Shown piece after piece: positions 1 to 12,161 of a stretch of DNA of 64,000 bases (position 1 is the stretch's first letter; the number at the start of each line of letters is the position of its first letter). Both the position numbers and the translations under genes were made by a program. Location: contig NC_043016.1 in the NCBI RefSeq assembly GCF_006345805.1, positions 4,650,001 through 4,714,000 on the forward strand, in the 5' to 3' direction. Source of the stretch: Octopus sinensis. Its lineage: Eukaryota. The notes under the pieces are model-generated. The model made no database searches. It worked only from the letters and a program-made list of their open reading frames with translations, and had not been told where the DNA came from.

Positions 1-360
1 CATGCATACATACATACATACATACACACATACATACATGCACACATACATACATACATACATACATACATACATACATACATACATACGTACGTACATA
101 TATATATATATACATACATATATACATACATACATACATACATATATGCATACATACATACATACATACATACATACATACACACATACATACATACATA
201 CATACATACATACATGCATGCATACATACATACATACACACACACACATACATACATACATACATACATACACACATACATACATACATACATACATACA
301 TACATACATACATACATACATACATACATACATACACACACATACATACGTACATATATA
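1..360. repeat. (CATA)n/(CA)n microsatellite
   Basis: Direct tandem repeat; the HTYI ORF is its translation. Confidence 0.98.
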
Positions 361-849
361 TCATGAACTGTTACTTTCTCAGATGCAGCACGAAGTTTTG
401 TCAGTGAACAGGTCGCGGTCTGAAAGCGACGAAAATATTTTGACAAATTAAACTTAAATGTTGAAGTGAATCGAACGGTTTTTGTGTGTTTCTTAAATGT
501 CTTATAAACACCTTCCACGCTGCAATTGTTTTCGCTCCAGCACACGATCTCAGATCAAGTCACTCGCTATGCAAGAACATCTTCGTAATATATATATATA
601 TAAATCATAACTTTTTCAATAGAACTGTAAAAAAAGCAGAACATTCTAAAATTGCAAATAAATTATTCCAATGTGTCTGAGCATCATTGATTAATTGTAA
701 TTCTTCATTCCCTCTTGAAGTTTTATGAAACGAACTAACAGTTGATCTAATTTCTTAGTAAATATACAGATGTTTTAATTTTTTTCAGAATAAGGAACTT
801 TTTAAACAGTAGTTATTTCATTAAGTTTAGTTTGCCGCAGATCGACATC

Positions 850-1700
850 TGCATTTGTAATAGCAGAATATAAATTTTGATTGCCATCCTATAGATATCT
901 TCAAACTTGTCTTTCCAAGAAACTTTAGTAAATTAACCTTCACAGTTTTCTCATAGATAAAATCATAAACAGGTACGTTAAATTCATGTGTATAGTTCAA
1001 TTGTTCACAATCAAGCAAATTTATTAATAACACTTACTCGATCAGTTAAGACAGTAACTATATTTCTTTTCAAATCAAGATTATATCCAGAAAGCTTTGT
1101 TTCTCAACGCTCAACGTATTTTTCTGCCAGTTCCCAAATTCCAGAATTTGCCACTTAAGTATACATTTATATGTTCCCACATTTACACAATATTGTCTTT
1201 CAGATGTTCTATCAATTACTGTTCTTTTAACAATCATATTGGCATAGAATCATCTACGTTAAGTGAGATCCATTCTTTATTAAAACCAAACCGTTATCTG
1301 TAATAACTTACCTTATAAAAGTATTTTTTACTATTGTATTTGAGGAAATTCTGTCTATAGCAATTAATATGGATATTATTTCTATAATTTCACTCTGCTC
1401 TTCTTTCAATAAGTTTATTTTCTGCTTATCGATTCTTTCCGAAAACGGTTCGACTATACAAATGTGCTACTTTCTGAGAAAAAGGTTTTATGGTCGTTCT
1501 TTAATTGATGCAAAAAAAAAATGCGTGTTGAACCATTCGAGCACTTAATATGGTCCTGTAAATCGTAATTAGATTTTGAACAATACGCTCAGGCATTTCT
1601 CAGAAAGTGGGATAATAATTTCAGGAATTACCGATTGCAGTTTTAGCCAAATTTCAAGGGAATTCGGTATCTGGAAGCCTTAGTTTATAGTTAGGGTACT
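850..1700 (-). mobile_element. Degenerate hAT-like DNA transposon remnant
   Basis: Minus-strand peptides DRTSERQYCVNVG and ELAEKYVER*ETKLSGYNLDLKRNIVTVLTD resemble hAT transposase (DEWTS..RY.NINV; ..LDL..DIV..TTDG). Terminus-like sequence TAAGGCTTCCAGATACCGAATTCCC near 1680. Confidence 0.4.
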
Positions 1701-1714
1701 GTGAAGTGATCTTT

Positions 1715-2200
1715 GTAAATAGTTACTTTTGACTACCTTGGTGAATTAATTACCCATGCAGGATGGAATTAGAGAAGCGTGGAAAAGATTCAGAAAGTTG
1801 GTAACTTTATTAGAAACGAAAGGTTTCTTTCTTTGAGTGAAGCGTTGGCTGTATGTGCAAGAAGTGCACTGCTTCATAGTTGTATAATTTTGGCATTCAA
1901 TATCAAGGATATATGAAGACTGGAAAGAGACGAGGCGTATATTTCCTGAAGTGAGGTGCGAGAAAGTTGACCATAAGGAATCAGGATAGAATACAAACTA
2001 TCGAATGAGCCGACGGAGACGTGATGCATTTGGAGAATGATATTTGAATAAAGGTGAAACCAGTAATCCAAGTAGATGGAATTGGCAGAAGACAAAGACC
2101 TAAGAAAAGTTGGGAAGAACTTGAAATTTGGCCTCCTGAGCTGTACTAAATGGAACTCAAGCACCGAAGACAGGATGCAAAATGATGGTTATGATGGTGA
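1715..2200 (+). mobile_element. RTE-clade LINE 3' fragment, degenerate
   Basis: Peptides GIREAWKRFRKLVTLLETKGFFL*VK and GDVMHLEND..VDGIGRRQRPKKSWEEL match the C-terminus of the RTE at 26.2-26.8 kb; ends in a GAT-rich tail. Confidence 0.7.
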
Positions 2201-2907
2201 TGATGATGGCGGTGGTGGTAGTGGTGGTGGTGGTGGCGGCGGCGGTGGTGGTGTTGGTGGTGGTGGTAGTGGTGACGAAACTGAAACACACACATACACT
2301 CACACACACACACACACATAAACACACACATACATACTTATACGCTTGTGTATATATATCTATAAAAAAAAACGTATATGCGCACGCATACACATATCAT
2401 TGGTACCTTGAAATGTTACAAGAATTTACTGCTGTAACTTGTTGCAATTAATGAGACATGTACTGTTAGTAACTTTCCATAAGGTAACTCGATACTTTTG
2501 ACCTCAGGTGTTATGCTGTCAGTAATGCGATAACGCAAACCACCCGCAATCAGAAACGTTCAGTGTTTTATTTCCACTGAAGTTATATTTCCTTACTATT
2601 ATTTTATCAGAGTCTCTTTCTAACTGTTAACTCCTTCCACATGACCTAACATTTTTGAAGACTGCTAAGGATTCCATAGTTTTGGAGAATTTGAGGAATT
2701 CCTATATATGACGGTAGTAGTTGTTAAAGATTCAAACTCTCCGTTTAATCTCCTTAACAACACATGGCATATATAAGAATTAAGGGGCTGGCATTGGATT
2801 TCTTCTCTTGTAAAATAAGTTATTCGGTCACATTCACACAAACGCACAGCGATACAGCAGTGAATGACTTGATCTCCACATGGTCAGTTGGTCTGCTAGA
2901 AATAACA

Positions 2908-3079
2908 GGCGCAGGAGTGGCTGTGTGGTAAGTAGCTTGTTTACCAACCACATGGTTCCGGGTTCAGTCCCACTGCGTGGCACCTTGGGTAAGTGTCTTC
3001 TATTATAGCCCCGGGCCGGCCGACCAAAGCCTTGTGAGTGGATTTGGAAGACGGAAACAGAAAGAATCCCGTCGTATAT

Positions 3080-3154
<75 letters not shown>

Positions 3155-3365
3155 TGTGTGTGTTTGTGTGTCTGTGTTTGTCCCCCTAGCATTGCTTGAC
3201 AACCGATGCTGGTGTGTTTACGTCACCGCCACTTAGCGGTTCGGCAAAATAGACCGATAGAATAAGTACTGGGCTTACAAAAGAATAAGTCCCGGGGTCG
3301 AGTTGCTCGATTAAAGGCGGTGCTCCAGCATGGCCGCAGTCAAGTAAAAGAGAAAGAGAAAGAGA
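2908..3365 (+). mobile_element. tRNA-derived SINE (CORE-like centre, internal TA/TG microsatellite), family A
   Basis: Pol III-like head GGCGCAGGAGTGGCTGTGTGGTAAG...GGTTCAGTCCC; CORE-like CACCTTGGGTAAGTGTCTT; near-identical copies at 24341, 31998, 33370, 49915 and 52615. Confidence 0.9.
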
Positions 3366-3816
3366 ATCCATTTTAAAAGCATACAATACTGAAGTATCAG
3401 AATGACCATTGCCGAAATTCCTTTGATCATAGATCTGCAGCATCAGAGCATACCTACAACTAAACAAGGTATCATGTAAATCATAGAGCTAACGAGGAAC
3501 CCTCAGTATGGTCATTAAGCTTGCTTGCAGACTACTCAAATTATCTTAAAAGTTTATTGAATAAAGAAACCGCTAGATGCGACTCACACAGGCACATTCA
3601 CACTTGATTTTGAGGAACTCTGCTTCCTATTAGAAGCTGATAGCAATTACCATCAAGCTCTCGGGGCAGAAATAGTTTCAGTTACTCATAGCATTTATCT
3701 TGTACGTTGTTTAATATGCCTTTATTTGTCCTTGTTCAAATACTTGCTACTGACCACTCCAATCCATTTACCACCATGGTTCGTTCTTCTAACATTAGTG
3801 TACATGTACGTACATA

Positions 3817-3854
<38 letters not shown>

Positions 3855-4329
3855 ATAGTGAAGGAGAGAGAAAGAGAGGGTAAGAGAGAGAATAAAAAGC
3901 GGAAGAACATAGACTTCATGTAGAGTTGGTAATTAATTGGGCTGTTCATTAGCATAAAACTCTGTTATTTATATAATTACATAATTAAGACACATAATTG
4001 CTTTAAAAGTAATATTCACCCAGAGATTTAAGTAAACGGGGCTGTTCAGTTAATTAATAATATATTCTAATTACGTAATTATATAAATAATGATGTTTTG
4101 ATACATATGAAACAGTACAGTTGGACATAATTAAATTTCGAAGTAAATGCGAAATTTATGATGTTCTACATATTATCCTGTGTTGCTCTGAACGATCGTT
4201 TTAACCGATTCTGAATACACATCACTCTGCCATTACAATTTACTGCTTTTTACTCTACCAATTCAAAAAAACAAAAAACAAAAAACAATCGTTCACAAAA
4301 CACTCAACGCGAAAACAAAAGTACATGAA

Positions 4330-5260
4330 ATAGCCACTCATGAAAATATGGAAAATGTTTTAGGCCCATGTGGGCCTTTAAAGACTGCATAACGAGGGGA
4401 AACAGAATTGCGACAATCGAAGTAAGATTCGACAGCGAAGAGCGAGCCTAGGACCTCTCCACAAGGTCCTTTCAACATGAAAATCTTCTCATGATCCCTA
4501 CATACATTGGTCGTAGGGTCACACAAATTAAAACAAAAAATGTGATCCCCATCCCCGAAATTGAAATAAAATGGCTCGTGTCTACCATTTGCTATGACAT
4601 CGAGGACGAAATCCATATATTGGAAACCTTTGATCAGAACCAGTAAATCTGGATTGGCCAAGAAGTCGAGATTCTTGCTCAGATCAATCCAGTTAATTTT
4701 GAAAAAATTCCCCATCGAATCCAATTGAGGATTCGAGCTTGCATATAGCAGACGAAGGCAGAAAGCCAAGTTGCTATGTTTGTTGTAGCAAAACAGATTT
4801 TAAACTAACTGCCCACTAGCACAGAGACAACAGCAACAACAACAAGAAAACCAAAAACCGAGCAAAAGACCAGCACTACTATCCGCACCGCCACGTGCAC
4901 AACTAATTAAGCAGCTCTACAAACAAATGAAGGAACATCAGCAACCAAGCCAGCCAAATAAAACAACACCACCACCAGCGCCATCAAGAACAGAACCAAC
5001 ACAATCATCACCACCACCAGCAACAAATCCACAGGAAGAAGAGGAAACCAAAGAAGACTATACTCCACCCCCAAAATCCCAAACACCACATCCCAACTGT
5101 CACCAAACACCACCAATAAAATCAACACACTCGGAAATAGACCCCCAATACCCTTCCCCTCCCACACTCCGATTCCTCCGACTTGTCGTCAGATGAAGAC
5201 GGCACAGAGGATTGGCAAGTGGCCACGGGGAGAAGGAGAAAAAAAGGGGAAAAAAAGAAT
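4330..5260 (+). mobile_element. Tx1/L1-like ORF1 remnant
   Basis: Interrupted plus frames give IPTYIGRRVTQIK, EGRKPSCYVCCSKT (degenerate gag-like knuckle) and a Pro/Thr/Gln-rich then acidic/basic tail typical of ORF1. Confidence 0.5.
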
Positions 5261-5371
5261 AGTTTGATTCCATCATGGATTGAAACGAGTCTCCGTCTTC
5301 AGGGAAGAGCTCGTCCATTTGAGATGTTAAAGTAAAGAAGTTCAAAGATGGAATGAATATGCATACATACA

Positions 5372-5451
<80 letters not shown>

Positions 5452-5459
5452 TACATATA

Positions 5460-5580
5460 TCACGTGATCACATGACCGACCAGACCATCAGACGTTGTTA
5501 CCATCGCTGGTCACGATGCGTTCACATTGTTTTAGCCTTCGAATGACGCACCGCCCCGCTGGCTAAGCGAGCAGGCCAAT
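5460..5580 (+). repeat. ~120-bp short interspersed element (copy 1)
   Basis: Reverse-complement match to 8012-8130; both copies embedded in TA-rich microsatellite. Confidence 0.85.
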
Positions 5581-5642
5581 ACATATATATATATAATATA
5601 TATATATAATATATAATATATATATTATATATAATATATATA

Positions 5643-6227
5643 TAAACTTGCTGCGTGTATACTCTGCGATGAACTCTCTCACGCCGGACTTCTTTCTGAT
5701 GATCTCGCTACTGATGTGCTCTCTCAACGAGATACCAAGCATTAACCTTTCCATGGCTCTTTGAGCTGTTACCAGTCTCTGCTCTTCTCTCTTTGTTGTA
5801 GCCATGTTTCACTACCATGTAACATTGCAGGCAGAACTGCACTGTTAATGAGGTTGGCGCGGGTGGTCCTATCCAACCTTCCCTTGAGCATATCCCTTAT
5901 GCCATTGAACGCCTTCTATCCGGCCCTTACTCTCCGTGAGATCTCCTTTTAGATATCCCGGCACATATTTACTTCCTGTATAGATGGGCTGGACACGTCG
6001 CCCGGCTCATCGATAATCGGTGGACGCACGCAGTTGTCGAGTGGTACCCGCGTGAGCGGAAAAGACCACCCGAAAGACCTCCACAAGGGGGGAGTTACGA
6101 TTTCAGGAGGACGATTGGGATCACGTGGATGAGAAAGGCGCGATCCAGAGAGGAGTGGACAGTGTGCTGTGTCCAGCGGTGTCAAATGGACGCCTGACGG
6201 ACTGGTCGATCAAGGTGATCAAGGTGA
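5643..6227 (+). mobile_element. RTE-clade LINE 3' fragment with 5' inversion
   Basis: 5643-5980 on minus encodes QEVNM..LHGSETWATTKREEQRL..EYTRSKF. 5981-6227 on plus continues RWAGHVARLIDNRW..WMRKARSREEW. Tail is GATCAAGGTGATCAAGGTGAT. Confidence 0.9.
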
Positions 6228-6247
6228 TATATATATATATATATATA

Positions 6248-7470
6248 TCAGGTCATCCCATAAGTTCTGTCCGAATTTTGAATAAAGAAAACAAATGATG
6301 AAATGTTATATTTAATTAAAATTTAATCATCAATGTCCTTTCCCTGATGATTATCTATGACTTCCTTCCATCTATTTACAAGCTTTTTAATCCCATCAAT
6401 GTAAAACTCTTTTGGTTTCAAAGCGAAGAACTCTGAAATGTCAGTTTCGACCTCCTTTTGGCTTGCGGAAGTTATGTCCGCCAAATGATTCTGTAAACTA
6501 CGAAATAAATGGTAGTCTGAAGGAGCAAGGTCGGGAGAATAAGATGGAGGAGGAATTTTTTCCCAGCCAAGCTCTTCGATCTTTGCAGTGTGGGGTCGCG
6601 CATTGTCCTGATGAACCATCACCCATTTTCGGGTCTTTTTCCCTTCAAAGCTAGGTTCAAACGCTCTAATTGCTGACAGTAGACTTGAGCATTGATTGTT
6701 GCATTAGGTGGTAACAATTCAAAGTGAATTACTCCTTTGCAATCCCACCAGATATAGAGAAGAACACTTTTTCCCATGACGTTTCCTTCTTGGTTGTGGT
6801 TGAGTTTTTTTCCCTTTTACCAAGCCACTGTTTACGACGTTTAACATTTCGATAAAAGATCCATTTTTCGTCACCAGTTACAAGTCTATCCAAAAAGGGT
6901 GAAATGAGTTCGCGAGAATGGAGAGAAGAGCAGATGTCAACTCGGGATTTGCGGTTGCTTTCGGACAATTCATGAGGCATCCATTTTCCAAGTTTAGGAA
7001 CCTTTCCAAGTTGTTGAAGGTGACGATTAACAGTTGTATGGCTTGAACTAAACTTTATTACCAATTCTTCATCTGATAATGTAGGATTTTCTTTAAGTAA
7101 CGTCTCAAGGAGCTTATCATCAAACTCAACTGGGCGCCCAGTTCGGTCTTCATCTTCAAGGCTGAAATCTCCACTTCTGAATTTTGCAAACCATCTTCTG
7201 CAAGTTCTTTCATTCAGGCATCTTTCCCATAAACTGAGTGTATGTTTCGAGTCACTTCGGCTGCAGAGTTTTCTTTTTTGTACTCATAAAGCATTATGTG
7301 CCTTAAAAGCTCTTTGGATACTTCCATGTTAGAAAGGGTTTTAATCAAAGAAATATTAATTCTATTATTCTGTAAAATAATATTTAATTAGTTTAAACGT
7401 ACACAAATGCATAAAAATAATTTTTAATTCCATCAGACATTCTATAAATACTATCGGTAGTCAGCATATA
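6248..7470 (-). mobile_element. Mariner (DD34D) transposon, pseudogenised transposase 7327->6323
   Basis: VPKLGKWMPHEL, LVTGDEKWIFY, HQDNARPH, YSPDLAPSDYHLF. One TIR TCAGGTCATCCCATAAG after TA at 6248; partner TIR not found; frameshifts present. Confidence 0.95.
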
Positions 7471-7503
7471 ATAAAAGACGATTAAGGTAAAATTATATGT
7501 ATA

Positions 7504-7718
7504 ATAGAAGAAACCTTTCTAGCTTACATGCTGAGATATAGACGCTAAATCATCTCATCACTCAAAAAATCACAAACATGCGTTGAATTCGAAGCAACAA
7601 GCCAATAACTTCCGTTGGTCTGTGTTGCTTCGAATTCAACGCATGTTTGTGACTTTTTGAGTGATGAGATGATTTAGCGTCTATATCTCAGCATGTAAGC
7701 TAGAAAGGTTTCTTCTAT
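7504..7718. repeat. Near-perfect palindrome (96-bp arms, ~23-bp spacer), MITE-like
   Basis: 7504-7599 is the reverse complement of 7623-7718 with one mismatch. Confidence 0.92.
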
Positions 7719-7774
7719 GCCGTTATTATAATATATATATGTGTGTGTTTGTGTGTAGATATGTATGTATATAT

Positions 7775-7990
7775 ATATATAAAGTTAGACCAAACAAGAA
7801 GGCACAAAAAAAACCACAACAACGCGAGGACGTTGAACAAATATAGTATTATTGGACGCTCAGGAAAGAAGGAGAGTTTAACGTTTCGAGCGGAGCTCTT
7901 CGTCGGAAACAAAGGAGAAGGAAAGATCCCGAGAAGGGAAGACAGAGGAAAAAAAAATCGCCAACGGTACACACGAGGTCACATTTTGAA
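7775..7990 (-). mobile_element. Penelope pLTR-like repeat with minimal hammerhead motif (core variant CCGACGA) at 7876-7910
   Basis: Reverse complement GTTT-CCGACGA-AGAGCTCCGCTC-GAAA-CGTT-AAAC; homologous to 45370-45590 and 61100-61310. Confidence 0.75.
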
Positions 7991-8011
7991 TGTATATATA
8001 TTATATATATA

Positions 8012-8130
8012 TTGGCCTGTTCGCTTAGCCAACGGGGTGGCGTCCTTCGAAGGCTAAAACAATGCAAAGCGCATTGTGACCAGCGATGTATAGCAACATC
8101 TGATAGCCTGGTCGGTAACATGATCACGTT
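8012..8130 (-). repeat. ~120-bp short interspersed element (copy 2, inverted)
   Basis: Reverse-complement match to 5460-5580. Confidence 0.85.
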
Positions 8131-8202
8131 GATTATATATATATATATATTTATATAATATATTAATATATATATATATAATATATATATATGTGTGTGT
8201 GT

Positions 8203-8238
<36 letters not shown>

Positions 8239-8734
8239 CACATACCACAAATAGAGAGTGAGAGTGGGGGACTACAAAACGAGTTTTAGGGGATATTCTA
8301 AATATAGGGTCCTTAATACGGCTAAAACCGAAATAGGGATAATTAGTTAGAATATCTTAGATTCCATTCTGCACGTTATACATCTGCATCTATGGAATAA
8401 CAGTTCGTTTGTTTTTGACTGGTTTAAAAACATTAGTGATAGCAGTAACTGTCAGTTTATTATGTTATGATTATAACTTTGGGGTATCAAAAAGGATACG
8501 ACCATGCTAGATATAGAATTCAAAACCTTATTCTAAAGCAACATCACGTATTCATGCAGCACAGGTGAAAAGATAAAAGAACTAATTAACTAGCAAAAGA
8601 TTAATGCATAATCTCAGATCGCGATTAAAATTATAATTTCATTAATAATTATTTCCTATAAAGTTTAATTCTCATGCTGGCCACTCGATATGGCCGCTAT
8701 AACGCTCTTATCCACTTTATATATATATATATAG

Positions 8735-8801
<67 letters not shown>

Positions 8802-9222
8802 TATTATATATATAATATTATGTATGTATATATATGATATATAGTATTATTTCTAAATCTCTCAGAGAGAGAGAGATACGGTAACATTCTTAAAGTAAAA
8901 TTTAATTGCCAATATAACATGGCTGACCTGGAAGGGCAGCCATGTTATATTAAACTTTACTTCATATATACCTAGTATGTGTGAGTGTGACAGTGGGTGT
9001 GCATTATGTGTGCTTTCATCAATGTACATATATTATATATATATATGTTTATATGCATATATATATGTATATATATATATATGTGTGTGTGTATATATAT
9101 ATAAATATGCATTTATTTAATACATACCTATGTGTGTATGTGTGTGTGCATTATGTGTGCCTTTTCATCAAAGTACATTTACCAAACTATGAATATATAT
9201 ATACGTGTGTGTGTGTATGTGT

Positions 9223-9265
<43 letters not shown>

Positions 9266-9840
9266 TGTGTGTGTAGACACATACACACCCGCATACATGC
9301 ACACATGTATATGTATATATCCACCATATACATTTGAATGTATGTTTACACAATGAGAGTGAGGATGAGGGAAAGGAAAACAGAGAAGAAAGATTCATAG
9401 AATTCTAGATTCCAAGAGACAAGAAGCCAATGGGAGATATTTCCCAGTTGGTTGATCAAGATGAATGTTTCAAGTCCCATCAAAAAAGTTTAGTTTCATC
9501 ATATATTGCCCCTTAAAATATTTACAGAGATAAAATCACAGACAACTGATAAATTCGCCCCTGTCTGTTTCATTGAAAACATTTCTTTGACATCTATATG
9601 CCCTTCTAAAATGCTAAAAACTTAACTGTAGACCTAACACTGGCCTCGACTTAGTTAAATCAGGCAAAATATATTACTCACACTCATGTAAACATACACA
9701 CACGCACACAAACGCACTCACGCACATATACAGAAATGTTAAAACGTGTGAGAAAGTTTGATTCCGAAACCTAAACATTTCACCATTAATTTATGAATGG
9801 AAGTTTTTAGAGAACTTTATTTAAATGACATAGAAAACTG

Positions 9841-10170
<330 letters not shown>

Positions 10171-11797
10171 CTACGCGGTCGACGTCTCCGTCATAGTGTC
10201 CAGCCAGAAGCACATCGAGCTGGTCGGCAAGACACTGAATGACTACGAAGCGGTAACAGGAGCGAAAATCAACCTGGAAAAGTCAGTGGACTTGCTACTC
10301 GGCACCTGGAGAAGCAAGCCCATGTCGCCCACCAGCGCCTCCGTCGTGAGACGTTGGACCCGGGTCTGGTTTGGTCCGGACCTCCAAACGGAGAAGAACT
10401 AGAACGAGATAACGATGGTCACTCTCGACCAGTAATGGGCGGAGAGGAAGCCGTCCCTAAAAGGTCGAGCGTAGGTGGCGAACACGTACATCGCGTCCGT
10501 CATCTACTACCGCCTGACCGTCGTGCCTTGTCCCTACCCTACCATTACCAAACTACAACGCATTCTCTTCCGCTTCTTGTGAAAGGGAAGCGTTCCGATG
10601 GTCAAGCAATCCGTTTGCTGTCAACACCCGCTGAAATGAGGGCTGGGCATGCCGTGGTTGATGATGCGCAGACACGCGCTGAGACTGCGACATCTTCAGC
10701 TCTACGTAGACGACGGTGAACAGGTGTGGTCACCGTTTGTGAGGCACGTTTTCCCGCAACTCGTCTCTATGACCGAACTGCAGTCATGGATCAAAAAGAG
10801 GCCGAGAAAGGGCGAATGGTACCGCAAGTGTCACGTTGCTCTCGAGCAACTCTGCCATCCTGGGTCGACCTTGAGCGACTTCAACACAACCAAAGCATTC
10901 TATGGGGGATTAGTGGAGGGGAGGTACGACGACGAGCTCGGGGCGAACCTGGGCGTCGACGAGGAATATCTGACCCGCCTGTTCAAGACGACTTTTGGCC
11001 CGGGACCCATGGACAACTTCCTGAGATCCCTGGCCTGACAGTGCCATCGAAAAGCGCTACTCGTTCGAGATAGGCTCTACAGGCCTGGCTCGAGAAACAC
11101 GAGGCCGACCTGCCCGAGAGCGACGAAACCGTTCTGCACGCGCTCGTACAGTGTCCAACCATTTCCGACCTGTGGGCCTATGTCGAACGACTGTTATCGC
11201 GTGTGGGACGAGTCGGTTTATCAACCGAGTCTATCGTGAATATTGTTGCGCCTCCTTCCTTGAAACGGGAAGGAAGAGCCATTTTCATCGTACTTGTGGC
11301 TATGGCGAAAGAATGTATCTGGTGTACGCGCCTGAAAGGATTGGAGACAAACACTTTCCTCTCTGGTCGATCTCTCATCAACTTCTTCAAGTATAATTTG
11401 AAGAGGAAGGTGAGAGTAGAGAGGCAAGTTTTGTCTAGCGAATGTTTCAAAAAAAGATGGGTGAATGTAGCAAGGATGGCACGTGTGAATGACGGAGCCA
11501 GCTTGAGCATAATCCTATGAACCAAAACAAGAAAAGACAAAAGAAAGTCACTGTAATGTGTTTTTATCATTACATTATTGCCCAAGGTTACCGTGGTCTT
11601 TTCTGTAGGCTTTTCTTTCCACGGATAAACCTAATCTGTTTCCCCTTTTTACATTATGATCCCTATTGATCAGTTTTTTTTCTCCACGATCCATTTTGAT
11701 CGAAATTCTACCCACCACTTTTTTCTTCTTCCCAAAAATAAAAACACTACTTTGTATTTTGTCTCCTCGGTGTTCAACCTGAGTAAACAATAAAGAA
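10171..11797 (+). mobile_element. Tx1/L1-clade LINE, 5'-truncated at the RT YADD motif
   Basis: YAVDVSVIVS..YEAVTGAKINLEKS, SDETVLHALVQCP (CCHC remnant), C-terminal KRKVRVER..F.KRW; 3' UTR ending AATAAAGAAA; frameshifted. Confidence 0.9.
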
Positions 11798-11812
11798 ACA
11801 TATCTATCTATT

Positions 11813-11904
<92 letters not shown>

Positions 11905-11940
11905 CATCTATCTATCTATCAATCAATCAATCTATCTATC
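11798..11940. repeat. (ATCT)n microsatellite
   Basis: Direct tandem repeat flanking the 3' end of the Tx1 element. Confidence 0.97.
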
Positions 11941-12122
11941 TTTCTCTCTCTCTCTCTATATATATATTAATCCCCACTCTCTCTCTCTGTCTATATATAT
12001 ATATGTATTTATATATACGTGTGTGTATGTGTGTTGATATATATATATATATATACATATACGTACATACATACATCTACATACATATATGTGAGTGAGT
12101 GAGTTTGTGAGTGAAGGAATGA

Positions 12123-12161
<39 letters not shown>

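Noticed and set aside
4338-4769. 143-aa minus-strand ORF
   Set aside because: No recognisable motif; the opposite strand shows Tx1/L1 ORF1 remnants, so this is probably an antisense shadow.
5520-5580. HDV-like ribozyme resemblance (GCC-ACCCCGCT-GGC-like P3/L3) in the 120-bp element
   Set aside because: No P4, J4/2 or P2 3' strand before the element ends; P1 unconvincing.
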